The notes: generated by a model not told the origin, from the letters alone. 64,000 bases of DNA from Mytilus edulis (GCF_963676685.1 NC_092353.1:7068001-7132000), one strand, 5' to 3'. Positions 23,129 through 37,415 are shown, counted from the first letter of the stretch. Translations and numbers: made by a program.

Positions 23129-25617
23129 ACAGATCTCCATTTATCATCTTTCATAATTTTTGTACCCTTTCTGAGAAACAAACATTCCAATTGTGATGCC
23201 TTATATATTTAAGTGTGTTTTTCCTTTTTGTTAAAATAAACAAAACATCATATTAATCAGTATTGTTATTTTACATACATTTATACTGGTAATAAAAAGA
23301 ATGGAAAATTAAAATGATTTCTATATAGATATTTCCATTTCGCGTTTGACTGAAAGATGCATACTATAGAGGACTTAAAGTATAGAGATTGTTTTATGTG
23401 ATTGGGACATCGTGTTAAAAATATTTATGATATAGTGATAGCAGGTTTACTTGGAGCTCAAACATTTGAAATATAATTTTTGAAGTATTCTAAATTAAAA
23501 CATTAAAGACGAATCACATGAAATTGAGAAAGTATCAAATCTTTAAAAACAAAAAGAGAATCCCTTGAAAATCGACAAATATATTATAAAAATATTCCGA
23601 CCATTAGTAAAGGTTATATTATACAAAGGATCATATAACATGTACTTCAGATGAGGAATAAATAAGAAAAGGAGATGATAATAAGAGGCAACAAACCACT
23701 CGTTAGTCGAAAGAAAAAAAAAAAAACAGCATGTCAAACAACAAAAACCAAACAACAACAAAAAAACTCCTCCCCTCCCCAAAACCCAACATTTTCAACA
23801 TTTTAAAAAAATGCCCCCCCCCCCCCCCCCCACTTCCAAAAAAAAAAAGGAACAAGAACCCCACACAGAACCAGGGCTGACGTTTCATGTTGTAGAAGGT
23901 GAACATTTCCTGCTGCATCAGTCTACCAGTCAAATACGTATATTTACGACTTTGCCTTTGGTCTTACAGGATATTGTCTCAAATTAAGGCAATCAATATT
24001 TCAAACATGTTTAACCACACACCATGTCCAAGCCAGGATCTGAGTGGTTGTCGGTGGTTCAGGTCTGCCATAATTTTTTTTCGTAAATTGTATTATTTAT
24101 TATAAGCTAGGCCGTTAGTTTTTTGTTTAAATTGTTTCATAATTCTTATAACGGGGCTCTTATATAGTATACTTATGTGAGTCTTTATTGTCGAAGACCA
24201 TACGTTGACCTATAATTGAATAAATCTTTGTCATATACACTCTAATGGATAGAAGTCTCAATTGCAGTCATAAAACATCTACTCAGTTTTATATATACTA
24301 GTATTATGTTGAGGTATAAAAAGAAGGGCGTTATATGAGATAACATGGTAAAGACGGCATACTATATGAGAGTATGAGTGGGAGTAAGCGATATGGCTTA
24401 ATTGAACACACATTTTTCATCATTTAAATTTCTGTATATACGAAGCAGGAATGTTGTTTTGAATTGTTATGTCTAGTAATAACATCTACAAACAATGATA
24501 ATCGTATTTACAGATTACGGACCCATCAGCCTTAGATACTTGTTAAATATTAGCACTTATATTACATGCAAAACGAAACTAAAGGTCTACATTCTAACCT
24601 GAATTAAAACCCTTTACAACGCAGGGACATGGAAATATTTAAAATACATCGTGTTTAACGGAAAGGTGGAACGACAAATGCATTTAAACTAATACCTCGA
24701 TATAATCGTTTTCACTATTTAAAAGTATATGTGTAATTCCAAACGAATATATAATATTGTAATCTAAACATTATGACAATCGTTTACACAAACAAAGTTA
24801 GGGACCGAGCCTGAGGAACGAGCACATAGCTACATAGCTACTAATATTCTGAATATATAACCAAGCTGTGACAAGGAATAATGTACGTCCAAACTCACGG
24901 TGTTGGAGGACTAGAATAATCGTCATTCTGTCAAAGTTCAAGGTATGTTCAATTGTCAATCGTTTTTTTGCTTACTGCTTAGACTATTTACTTTTATAAT
25001 CAAAAGTGTGGTAATATAAAAAAGAAGATGTGGTATGATTGCCAATGAGACAACTTTCCACAAGAGATCAAAATAACACAGAAATTAACAACTAACAGTC
25101 ACGGTACGGGCTTCAACAATGAGCAAGCCATACCACATAGTCAGATATTAAACTACTAACCATAGGCTAAAAACCTATGTGGTGTTGATATAAATCTTTG
25201 CAGCCAGTTTTTTAAACGCTTTGACAAACGTTTTATTTTATATGTTAATAACTTTGTCTCAAATATTCGCCGCTAGCCTACATGCCAATGAAGTAAATAG
25301 AAATAAAATTATCAACAAATTAAGTATTTATAAACACAAGTCATCATCGACATAAAGATAAAAATTCTAAATAAGGGAAACGAGAAATTCTATTCTGATT
25401 TTTTATTTCACAAAAAGCATTGTTTAGTACTTTACAATTTGTAAGCCTCTCATAAACAGTCTATTATCACCATACACGATTGTAGAAACTTGTCAAATTG
25501 AAAATTTGTTCATTTATTGACTACATTTTCGATATCACATTTTTTAAGCAGTTTGAGTCCTGTGTACTATAAGCACAGGATATATGTCTACAACACCAAA
25601 TCTTTATATTAGAATTA

Positions 25618-26050
25618 GCCCCCAAGGGTGACTGGGGAATAGAAATATGGTCACTTGGTCTTCTCCCAACCGGCAGTAAAACGCTTGCCGATGTGGTGGG
25701 GAGTCCGTTTGGCTGTGCGGGATGTATCAAGTTCGCAGTCACGTCAGGTCAGAAGGGGGACGTTAAATCCGATGTCTCGTGTAAAGAGAGTGCCACGCTC
25801 TTTGCACGTAAAGAACCCTTGCAACAACTCTTTGAGGGGTCCGTAGGTGGCCTGTTGCAAGGCAAAAATTTCTGTCCCTATCCATTATACCCTCATTTTC
25901 CAGTGGCTGTCCAAATTTCCCCGACCATCATCCCAGATGGCCTCTATTGTATCCACCTACCTATTGTATTTATTGTGAGCTTGTTCTCGTCCTGAATATG
26001 CATGAAATATTTGCCACTGGACGTTAAGCAACCAACAATCAATCAATCTA
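25618..26050 (+). mobile_element. SINE with Deu/Nin-like central domain and (AATC)n tail
   Basis: 14-bp TSD ttatattagaatta (25604-25617 and 26051-26064); gcacgtaaagaaccc core; caatcaatcaatc tail. Confidence 0.8.
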
Positions 26051-26233
26051 TTATATTAGAATTACATTTTTAACCCGGTCGATAAAAATGTATAATACAC
26101 ATGATTTCAATATACATGTATATCATAAAAATGATTTGCATAACAACCTTATATTAAAAGTTAAACTTAGTCAATTTAGGATTTATACGCGTCTATTTTA
26201 AATAACCGGGTATTTAAAAAGTGCTATTATTAA

Positions 26234-26816
26234 AGGAGTAGGTCCAGTAAAACCCCTTTTTGGCCGCAAAATATAGCAGTTTTACAAAATTGTTAAAATG
26301 TAAACTTTTTGCTATTTATTGGAAAGTAGAATGCTTCTGCTACATAAATATGGGCTGTTTTTGACACTGAATACAATGCACATATATCGGGTACTAGCAT
26401 CATTGAGTCATGTTAAATTACTGAAATTTGCACAATTTTAGCATTTTAGTTAAATTTTAGACGGTTTCCGTCTGAAATGAAAGTGGCCGCATTTGTTTTC
26501 ATTCTTAATGTTGAAATGTAAGTTGTATTTGATGATAATACATAATATTTATAAAGGTTGAGGATGAACACGGATGCGGCCACTTTCATTTTTGACAAAA
26601 ACCATCTGAAAAGTGACATTTTTTAGCATATTTGATGACTATTTTCTATTTAAGCTTAAATCGGAGCGTTTTTAATGACCTAATCAGTCAAAATCTTTCA
26701 CATAAATTAATTGAATCAACTGAAATAGACACTTAAGTGTTTAAAAAGTGTCCAAAATCTTTCGTCAGATGAACCTGAAATTTGAGGCCAAATTGACCGT
26801 TACCGGACCTACTCCT
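26234..26816. mobile_element. MITE (TTAA-type, Kolobok/piggyBac-like) with internal inverted repeats
   Basis: TIR aggagtaggtccagtaa / ttaccggacctactcct; TTAA on left only; internal IR aatgaaagtggccgcat/atgcggccactttcatt. Confidence 0.75.
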
Positions 26817-26976
26817 TTTGCGCAGAGATCTTTTAATTTAATGTTTTCAATTCAAAATAGTTTAAGAAATTTTTGGATGCAACACGTCTTCTGATTGGCT
26901 AAAAGATTTTTGTCTATCAGCTCATAGACACCATTTTGTCTTTATTTGTAGATCTTTCTAATAAAAACTTGGAAAG

Positions 26977-27118
26977 ATGGAAGGAAAAACCTTGTTAATC
27001 CTAATACTTGTTTTGTTTGTGTATTCTTTGATTGGTGGAGCTATAATGATGGCGCTAGAACAGACCAATGAGGAAACAGCTACAACAGATATAACAACTA
27101 CATTGTCAACATTTCTAA
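26977..27118 (+). CDS. two-pore-domain K+ channel (KCNK, TALK/TREK-like) copy A, exon 1 (M1)
   Basis: MEGKTLLILILVLFVYSLIGGAIMMALE; in-frame upstream TAA; GTAAG donor; same 142-nt length in copy B. Confidence 0.88.
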
Positions 27119-28199
27119 GTAAGATAAGATCAGCAAGTAAATGATACATAATGTATAGAATAGAGAATGGAAACGGGGAATGTGTCAAAGAGACACCAAT
27201 TCAATCAAAGAGCAAAATTCAAGGCTACCGATAGATCTAAATGCAGCGGGAAAATTCAGCACCCAGAGATGGGATTCAGCTAGCGCCTAAAATTTAAGCA
27301 TATGTCAGACGCCACACTAAACTGCGAAACACAGAAATACAAAAAAAGTCACAAAATTAACCAAGGTTAGAGATTTCTGACATCGGAAAGGTGCGGCGGG
27401 GTTAGACATTGTTTGGTGATATTTCAACCCCCTTCTATATCAAGCCCTATGTGAAATACTTATTTAAACCTAAGAGGGGTAAAAAATGCGTTAGACGACA
27501 TTTTACTTATTATCTAATACATTCACATTTGATATTGATAGCATTGATACCAATAACATGCTAGTTAACTAATTAAGAATTTAATCCCTTCATGTAATGC
27601 TCTATGCTCATTTTAACATGGATAGGCATTATATTTGCCAATATTTTACACTGAGTGTTAGCGTGGTGTTAAATATGGTCAAATGTAACATGAAGGAATT
27701 ATTTCGATTCTAATAGAAAAAATACAGTATTTTTTATAAGTCGAAGAGTACGAAAATACCTTAGATATGTTTGGCTGTTCCCGTTTCTCCCCCATGGAGT
27801 CTGTTCCTTAATTTTTCATATTTAATAAGTTTAAAATCAAAAAGCAGGGTTAATATACATAATAAAAGCTATGTAAGTTGCTAAAATACATATATTTTAC
27901 AGGATATAAAGGGAACACATTTTTATATAGTTAATGGAATAAACTATTTATAAATATTTCGAAAAATAGTTCTAGTTTATTTGATTCAACAGCAATATTT
28001 TTTTGTAGAATTGTTCTTTTTACATGTTATAAGACAAAATAGGCATACAAAACGTTCAGCGTGCAGTAGCGTGTATAGTAGACACTCAAATGGACTCGAT
28101 GCTTGTACCGAAGCTTGGAAACACTATCTGTATTGAAATCAGATTGCATGCTGATCGAAGGCATATTTCATATTATCTGCAGGGCAGATACACAACAGT

Positions 28200-29198
28200 A
28201 TATGTTTCAGGAATTAACATTTAACAAAATCAAAACCGCTACCACAAAGTACTTAAAACCTTTACTAAATTCTTTTATAGATATAAAGATTTGGTTTTAA
28301 AGTTTGGTTGTACCTGTAGAAAGTAATATTTCAAACTGGATAGCGCATCCTTATTTTTACGGAAATATTGTTTACAGTGCCCGGAAACTTAGAAACGATC
28401 CTGGTAAACTTATCGATCCTTTAAATAAAGTTACCCTAAAAGGTTACCAATTCAACACTGTAATCAGATCACTGAATATTGTTTTTATTGGTATTAACTA
28501 TTAATATTGATTTTGTTATCAGTAAATTAAAAGCAAACTTAATATTATTGTAATACGTTTACACATTCATGGATCTACAATCTGTCGGTACCTGTATCTT
28601 GACATTACACAATGTCATGTTTTTCTCTAACTGTTTATGACGTCTTTACACTAAATCCATTGGATGTTGAATGTGTACTGATTGACAATTTAGTCTTAGA
28701 TGCATGATTATTTCTATTAGTTGTTAGTGGCTTTGAACTAGCTGTCAGTAACTGCGAGTACTCTCAGATCTGTACTTAGTGTCGTTTTCTTGTTGGGATG
28801 AACAAGTTCCCGGTCACGTCCACCTTTTTCAACTGATATTTATAGTTCGTTCTTATGTTGTACTGTTAAACCACTGTCCCAGGTTAGGGGAGGGATCCCG
28901 CTAATATGTTTAACCCCGCCACATTATCTATGTATGTGCCTGTCCCAAGTAAGGAGCCTGTAATTCAGTGATTGTCGTTCGTTTATGTGTCGCATATTTG
29001 TTTTCGTTAATTTTTTGTACTTAAATTAGGCCGTTAGTGTTCTCGTCTGAATTGTTTTACATTGTCATTTCGAGTCCTTTTATAGCTGACTATGTTGTCT
29101 CATTGTTGAAGGCCGTATGGTGACCTGTATTTGTTAATTTCTGTGTCATTTTGTTATCTTGTGGAGAGTCTCATTGGCAATCATACCACATATTCTTT
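28200..29198 (+). mobile_element. PLE RT C-terminal relic followed by abundant dispersed repeat sequence (K2P-A intron 1)
   Basis: RYHKVLKTFTKFFYRYKDLVLKF..IAHPYFYGNIVY..LKGYQFN motif; ends with the ttggcaatcataccaca tail seen ~10 times in the window. Confidence 0.65.
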
Positions 29199-29204
29199 TC
29201 ACAG

Positions 29205-29372
29205 CCGACCACTCATCTTGCATGACAAACAGTGAATTAGCAGCTTTCTTATCGGAGGTAAGAGCTGCCTATGATAGTGGCGTGTTGTCAGTAAACGGAA
29301 GTACTACTGCTGCCACACAGTGGGATTTCGGGAATTCATATTTCTTTGTTCTAACAGCGATAACTACAATTG
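29205..29372 (+). CDS. K2P copy A exon 2 (cap Cys, P1 pore helix WDFGNSYFFVLTAITTIG)
   Basis: AG/GT, 168 nt, K2P pore signature. Confidence 0.92.
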
Positions 29373-29719
29373 GTATGTATCATAGCTTGTTATTGTCAAA
29401 TAACTAGAAATACATATATATTTTGTGTACTACAGATAATCTTATTTTCTTGTTTAAAGACGTTGTATGAACATTAGTAGTGTAATCAGTAGGCTGAAAC
29501 CGGGACAAAATAAGAGTTTTGTATAAGTTATGTAATTGGTTTGTGTGTTGTAAGACAGTCCACAAATTTATGCTATCATCTTATAAGCCCGATATTTTAC
29601 AATGGTAAAATATTAAAGATGAAAAGTTGTCTTTATCTACTGAGGAGACATATAATAATGAAAACAGTATTAAAAGTCTACTGATGATAAACTTGTATGA
29701 AAGTATCATCTGTTTAAGA

Positions 29720-30080
29720 ATTGAATGCTTCTTTTTGTAAATTTATTGGGGTGTAAAAGCGTTGACCGAAGTACATTTTGTATGAAGCGCGGAAGCGCTT
29801 CATTCTAAAAATGTACCCACGGTCAACGCTTTTACAACCCTATAAAGTTACAAAAAGAAGCATTCAATACTTATAATTACATTTTTTAGCTATGATCATG
29901 AAAACACGAATTTTATATATTTTATTATTTAATTCACCTGTGCACTTTATTGTTAGGGCACGTGTTATCATGAGTGAAAAGTTGTATTGAGTAATGCAAC
30001 TGTTTACGAAATAACACGTGATGTGCAGTTAGCCAATCAGAATAAAATATTATAATGAAACATACATCTAATGTAATTAT
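29720..30080. mobile_element. fold-back element with a ~150-bp imperfect palindrome (29720-29868)
   Basis: attgaatgcttctttttgtaa...ttacaaaaagaagcattcaat arms; degenerate copy near 20758-20885. Confidence 0.65.
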
Positions 30081-30335
30081 TCACAATTAAAGAATTATAT
30101 CCCATCATGTACATGTTATATTATGGAAACAACGACATAAACAATGTAAGAAGAGAAGATGATGCATGCATCCTAATGAAACATAAATGCAAATAACATA
30201 TAATGCATTCGAAGCGCAGTTCTGCATTTACCTTATAAATGTAAAACAATAAAAATGTTAAAAATAAATAAATTGCAAAATAATATCACTGTAATTGTTG
30301 CATACTAACATGTCTTTCTAACTTTCATTTTGAAG

Positions 30336-30674
30336 GATATGGCAATCAAACACCAGCAACAAAAGGTGGACAGGCTTTCATTGTTATTTTTGCTTTAATT
30401 GGAATTCCAGTTACAGGGTTGATGATTGCAGGACTTGCAGAAAAAATAAAGAAATTCTATAGTTATTTAAAAACTAAGACAATACCATGTTTGGAAAAAT
30501 ATACCAAAACTGAAAATGTGTTAAAACATTTGTTGATATATTTGACTATTATTTGTTTACTGATATTGATACCGTCGGCTATATTTTACACAATAGAAGG
30601 CTGGACATACGGAGAAGCCATTTATTATAGTTTGATAACCTTCACAACGATTGGATTCGGAGATTTTGTTGTTG
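30336..30674 (+). CDS. K2P copy A exon 3 (GYG, M2, M3, P2 TTIGFGD)
   Basis: AG/GT, 339 nt; completes TTIGYG; second filter TTIGFGD. Confidence 0.93.
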
Positions 30675-31096
30675 GTAAATGTCTATTTTATATCAATATT
30701 TTTATGTAAACTTTCTACTTGTTTACAATTTTCATCATAAGGCGCAATTGTAAAAAAAAAAAAAAAAATGGAATATAAGTGTTATTTTGATAAAACAAAA
30801 ATATGAAGTCTGGACTAAATATTGAGAGGTTTAGTTCACATTAAGAATATCAATATAAAGAAATCTCAAATTTATTGTTTAAAATGCGTTCTGAAGAAAA
30901 GCTAACAAACCTATTCACTGTTGAAAATATTTGTTGAATTATTGAACAAATGTGCTTATTTCCGATTCAAAGACCATATAAGTGAATCAATATTAATGCC
31001 AAAATATGCCATTTTTAATGACCCCACATGAAGATTTTTTAATATATTGAAAAGACATACTTAAGCATTTCGTAATGCAGCTACTTACATTTCCAG

Positions 31097-31242
31097 GTAC
31101 TGAAAATGAAGGTGGTACACGAATTGTTTACAAACTTTTAGTTATCATATGGATATTTATTGGCCTTGCATGCCTTGTGACCCTTATTGGAGAATGTACA
31201 GAAACATTAAAAGCTTTCACTGAGAAAAGGGAAAAGGAAAAG
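31097..31242 (+). CDS. K2P copy A exon 4 (M4)
   Basis: YKLLVIIWIFIGLA; AG/GT, 146 nt. Confidence 0.9.
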
Positions 31243-32145
31243 GTAAACTACTATCAGCAATATTTTATATTATTACTATACGAAAAACTGACGACTGAGC
31301 AAATAGAACCACACTAAAACTAACGGTGATCCCAGATGCTCTGGAAGGGTAGAATATCCTGCTCATCTATAGGCAGTCACCATGTTGCTCAAACTAAGTT
31401 TAAATTCTGTAATAAGTATCATTTAGCGATAAATTTGCAAGTTGGTTAATAGAGTTTCATACTGAAATTATAACACTGTTTAAAAAGATTATCATATTTT
31501 TGGTAGAGGGGCATCATCTAGTAGTATTTGACATCATTTAAGATGATTCAAAAGCCTGTAAGATTGTGTAGAGAATGATTCTGCTGTAACATCTCTGTAA
31601 TACGTTTACGTTGCTAGTTGATCAATGACCAGGAGATACATTTAGCCAGAATCCTAGGTAAGGGTTAACAAACTTGAAATAACCATTCAAAGTTAATCTT
31701 CTGAGAAGAAAATTGGTCTTCAAAACCAGCTGGCGTGGATTGTTACTACGTATAGTATATAAAGTTACAATTGTCTTTTTAACTGGTACTGAATATGAAA
31801 AAAATATCATAAATGTTCTTATTGACAAAAGGGTAGGACGTTCTTTGCATTGTGTACAGTTGTTTAAGTGCAACGAATATAACTGAGTTATGAAAAAGCA
31901 CAGGACTTTATTTAAGCCTTTGTGTAATTCAAAACACACGTACATGTTGTTTCTATTGTTCCGGATGGTCCAATTAACTTCCATACTAAAGAGCATACGT
32001 TTAAAAATGAGTCAACTTATTCATATCGTATTTATCATTTTTATGCTCATTATGCATGTTTTATTTCCCCCTTTCTTTAAATGTAACATTTTTTGTGCAC
32101 ACGATAAATATTTTACAATTGAAATGGAGATCTGTCTTATTTAAG

Positions 32146-32196
32146 GTGAAGGATGGAAGTAACATCCGGGATACAGATAAAGATGTTAACATAAAG
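32146..32196 (+). CDS. K2P copy A exon 5
   Basis: 51 nt AG/GTATGT; paralogous exon in copy B. Confidence 0.72.
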
Positions 32197-32547
32197 GTAT
32201 GTACCTTCTATAGGAATACATTAACTGTTCATAATGAAACCATCCTGATAAACAATATACCTTAGTCAAAGAGATCTTACCGTTAACATATTATTTGGAA
32301 TCTTTATTTTCCCAATTTTAGAAGGAATTTTGAACTACATCACTGGATTGTCAGGTCGAGACAAGAGCCTTACTCTTTTGTAGTATAATATGAAAAAGAG
32401 ACACTTGTCTGGTGGACAATTCTAATCGGAAATTTCAGTGCACAATTTTATCTAAAATGCTTATCTCTTTTTCATATTTGAACATTTTAAATCACATTTA
32501 TAAAGGATTTCATTTTCATTTTCGTTTTCTAATTTTTATCTTTTCAG

Positions 32548-32586
32548 ACTGACGTTGCAAATGGTGATTTTACAAAGGTGGCGTAA
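32548..32586 (+). CDS. K2P copy A terminal exon (TDVANGDFTKVA*)
   Basis: ttttcag acceptor; paralogous TDIATGDLAKVA* in copy B. Confidence 0.75.
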   Translation, partial: TDVANGDFTKVA

Positions 32587-33269
32587 ATTTTTCATAAACA
32601 AACTTCGGTTCATGAGACTTATGCTGACTTAACACGTACATGGATCAAACCTTCTTTTTCAATGTGAACGAGACTTTTGCCTGGTCTCGAACTGTATAGA
32701 TAATATTCCAACGAAAGTGACGGGTACTTTGTTTTAATAGACATTAATAAAAATGTCAATTCGGAGCAACCGTAGTTTACATGTGTTCTTATAGCGACAT
32801 TTATAGATCAAGGTAAAAGCTAAACACTGAAGGAATCACACTCCAAAAAAGTGAACCTTTACGAGCCTATTAAAAAGAACAACTTCGTTAGATATGCACC
32901 AAACTATATTGTAAGTTTAATTTGTTAACATTAATCTTTAAAGATGTTTAATACATGATTTCAATGGACAATTGAGAGTCGAGAGTCGAGTAGAGACATT
33001 AAAATATTGGATCATGTCAAAAGTATTAATTTTATTATGAAGCACACCAATGGCTTTTCTCACGTTATTTCAAATAGATATAAAATATTTTGTGTGAAGG
33101 TCTTTCCACTTTTTTAACATGATTATTGTAAGAGTAGGGCTGGTGGGACAAGTTCCATACGAAAGGCAATTTTGACTCATGGAATAATAAATTAACGTCC
33201 TTTATATAAAGGGACAGGTGGGGAACAAGTTGTTCAATTGAAACTCACACGGGCTACGGTTTCTTGGAT

Positions 33270-33392
33270 TATGAGGATCACAGAGATCATAGATTCCCTT
33301 ACAAACCCGTTAAGGAAATCATAATAGGAAATGTACACTCTTGAATATCGTATCAACTGGACGATATATACTCCATATGCAGGCAGCTGGAT
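33270..33392 (-). mobile_element. PLE RT thumb-region fragment
   Basis: PAYGVYIVQLIRYSRVYISYYDFLN. Confidence 0.65.
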
Positions 33393-35464
33393 TTTTTCTG
33401 AATCTTTTTTTGACCAAAAGCAGGATTTGGGATTATTTAAGAATAATTTATTTTTGTTTTGCTTTCAAAGAATCATTTTGAAAAATGATTATTCATTTTG
33501 TAACTCACATTCATGACTCATTATCTTGATACTGATATCTCTTAATCACTGCAATAATAAAAGCTCATATTCAAAAATAAACTGGCTCATGAATTGTCTT
33601 TTTCACTTCCTTGACTTATTTTAGTACATATTGTAGTTCATACATGTATATAAACATATTTGTTGAATTTTTATTATAACAATATAATATGTCACCATTC
33701 ATCATATCTTTCCAACTGTCGTGAATGGATGAGTAACAAACAAGAAAACAATATTTATCAAACTCCTTTTTCAATCTTTATGACCTTTCGGAAATGAATG
33801 TAAAATATAATTTCACACATTTATAAGTTGTGAAACGAAAGGATTTCCAATTCACGTTAAAATACAGGAAGAAGACATAAGTGCATTTTTTTTTATCTTA
33901 AGGATGTTATAACGTTATCATATGATACGAACACTGTTTGGTATATTTTCAACTATACACGAAGTCGGGAATCATATTGCCAAGGTAAAACATGCATATA
34001 TCAGTTTTGTTCTCTCTATACAGTTTTAAAAAACATTCCAGAAGAACAGAGTTACAAAATACATATATGGTAAACGAACGCTGAAAATTAATTTCTGTTT
34101 TTAACTTTCATGTAATTCAAAAGTTGTATAATTAATATTAACGATTACATAATATGTGTTAACAGAGTGATTATTCGTTAATATGGAGAATGCAATGATC
34201 GCGACAGCAAGCGCATTATAGTTATGCAATATAATTTAGAACACCTGTAGTTTTGATTTGATCAAAAGTCTATATTGTTGACTTCAGTAAACTATACTGA
34301 TAGTGTTATCTCAGAGTGTTATAGTGACATTCTGATGTACATGCAGTATTACACTTTCTTCAAAGTTCTATTGACAAAAATACAGAATCATTTGCGGGCT
34401 GCATTTGAGACTATATTTTCTTAACTTTTATCATTAGCTATGGATAATTTATTTAAAAGAGACCAGATAATAACCAATTATTTTTGTAATCAACATGTTC
34501 AATGGTATAAAATAATCAGTACAAACAAAATGCATACGTATATAGGCGACAACATATGACTAAGATGACAATCAAAATTTAAACTTGAAAGAAGTTTTTA
34601 TTCTGAAAATAAAGTACGTTTAATTAAGTATTGCTTTCAGTTTGTAACATAATTACCTTCACCGAAATACGGAAATGTAAAGTAAATTTAGACGGAGTGC
34701 ACACAGTTGCAAAAGCGAAACAGGAAAATATAATTATGAATCTGGATATTTAAAATAAACTATTTGATCATTACTAAATGCAGCAGTATGAAATAAGTAT
34801 CACATTTTGTTGGAGTTTACTTGTTTTGACAATGTTGGAAATTGATTCAAGGTTAGGTTTCAAATTATTTTATTTAATGTATTTTATACAAGAATATTAA
34901 TATAGAATTATGTTTGTTATACTGCAACTAACTATGTCGGCCTTTCTTCCAAAATCAAAACTGTGCAACGCCATGGCTAAAAGTAAAAAAGACAAACAGA
35001 CAAATAATACTACAGAATACACAACATAGAAAACTAAAGACTAAGCAAAACGAAACCCACTAAAACTAGGGGTGATCTCAGGTGCTCCGAAGGGTAAGCA
35101 GATCCTGCTCCACATGTGGCACCCGTCCTGTTCACATAGTTGCTTTAAAGTAATGTAATACAAATTAACTGGGTGATTACTTATCTTCACTTTTACATAC
35201 GAATAAAAAATAAAAATAGAATCACAACTACAAAATATAAGACAGTATTCGATCAGAAGTACAAATACAATTTCGTAACTAAATACATGAACGCTGGATA
35301 AACAAATAACGAGACGCGTCTTATAACATTGCGAATTCACACTCAGCAAAAAAGTCATATTCAGGGATATGTCCCATTCCGAACTTAAAGACCAGACGAC
35401 GTACATGGTAAACCACAATCTAAGACGTGGAAAACATGTCCTTAGTTAGTTTAGGCACAGACAC

Positions 35465-35760
35465 ATCGTACGGATCAACCAATTCGTGATGGTGTCCATA
35501 AAATTTACGGAGTGTCATTTTAATTTTTCCTCCTCATAACTTTGTTGTAGCAGTTTCTGCGTAAGGAGCACAATCCTGTATATGAAGTTTGTATAGTGTG
35601 AACATGCACAAGCATTAATTATCAACTGTCATATGTAAACACTTAACTAGGGGGAGAGGATATGTTACTGCTGAGAAAGGGGAAATTGATAATTGGGAAG
35701 TTGAAATCGTCCCGTTTGTCATAGATTTAAGTGTAAAGTCGTCCATCTGTGTCAATATTG
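35465..35760 (-). mobile_element. PLE RT fragment
   Basis: DGRLYT*IYDKRDDFNFPIINFPFLSSNI...LLTQKLLQQSY...LRKFYGHHHELV. Confidence 0.75.
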
Positions 35761-37273
35761 ACCTTTAGAACACCAAGTTTGAAAATAACTTGGAATCCTG
35801 GATTTGACTGATAATCAAGTTGCTGTTAATAATTTAGAAATATGCTTCATAGAGCACTTATAAAACTAAACAATATAACGTTGTTAGTAAGGACACTTAT
35901 GTAATTTAGGTTTCCAATACAGTATCTGTATTTTCAGTTGTGTTTCTAATTGATTAGTCTAACAATATTTAGAGCCTGTTAATAGCACATACCGCAGAGA
36001 AGTGTTATTTACAATGTTAAGGTCACAAGTAATAACTTTGTCAGCCGGGTTATATATTGATATCCGGCTACACGTGTTTGTAATCGAAATTTAGTTGTTT
36101 TTTATTAAGAATATTATAACCAAACGTTTCTGTCATTGCGACTTTTGTTGGCAAAAGAACGTTTTAGAAAGTTTCTTCTTTTTCTTTTTTGTCAATACGA
36201 ACTGCATTGACAATTTTGTGACCTGCAATATCCGGGTTGAAGTTATTAATGGTTTAAATGGGGTTTTGTTAAAGTAGTTTGTAAGCATACATATAAGCTG
36301 TACAATACAACTGTGAAATTGGCTGTGAATAAAGAGTAAAAATATAATATTATAAAGGCAATAGTAGTATAAAGTAAAATCACAAAAATACTGAACTCCG
36401 AGGAAAACTGAAAACGGAAAGTCCCTTATAAAATGGCAAAAACAAAAATGATGAAACACACCAAACGAATGGACAACTGTCATATTCCTGACTTTTGAAA
36501 TGTAGATATGGTGGATTGAACCTGTTTTTATAGCGCTAAACCTTTCACTCGTATGAAAGTCGAACCAATACTGCTGTTCAATAGGTATGAATCGATTAAC
36601 TGAAACAAATTCGAGTTACAAACCTAGACTGAGGGAAACACACCAACTATAAGAGGAAAAAACCCATCGGAAAAACACAAACACTAAAATGCTATCAAGG
36701 CAAGCGTCCAACTACATAGAAACAGACTATTAGTTAACAACTGTCATATTCCTAAGATAAAATGGTGTGTTGAACCTAGTTAATTGCTAACTGTATTATC
36801 TATTTTATGTAAACAAACAATAATAACGGCACTTATTGGCCAAATATTTGAAGACTAACAAATAACTTGTTAATTGCTTAAAAGGACGCCTTTTTGGCCA
36901 AACGGATTTCTCATTCTTTCACTAAAACGTCTCGTCCCATCTTCGACTAGACAAACACAATGTTCTATTTACTTCAATACTCGCATATTCCAAGTTTGTT
37001 GAAATTTAATCTAAAAAATCAGATTATAATTTAGTCTGCATAACCAAAGTTTATGATTGCAACAAAAACACGAAGTACAAATTGTATAATGGAGTGTGTG
37101 GATCGATTCACGTGAATATAAGTATAGCCCATCTTACATTGTTATAGAAATAAGAAGATGTGGTATGATTGCCTGCAACCACTTATAATTTGTGTACGTT
37201 ATAACTAGTGTAGCAATATCGGAACCAGTTTTGTTCTTTTCTTATAGATCTCTAACAACAACTTAAAAAAAAA

Positions 37274-37415
37274 ATGGAAATAAAAACCTTGTTAATCCTG
37301 ATACTTATTTTGTTTGTGTATTCTCTGATTGGTGGAGCTATAATGATGGCGCTCGAACAAGCTAAGGAGGAGACAGCTTCAACAGATATAATAACTACAT
37401 TGTCAACATTTTTAA
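37274..37415 (+). CDS. two-pore-domain K+ channel copy B, exon 1
   Basis: MEIKTLLILILILFVYSLIGGAIMMALE; 142 nt; GTAAG donor. Confidence 0.88.
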
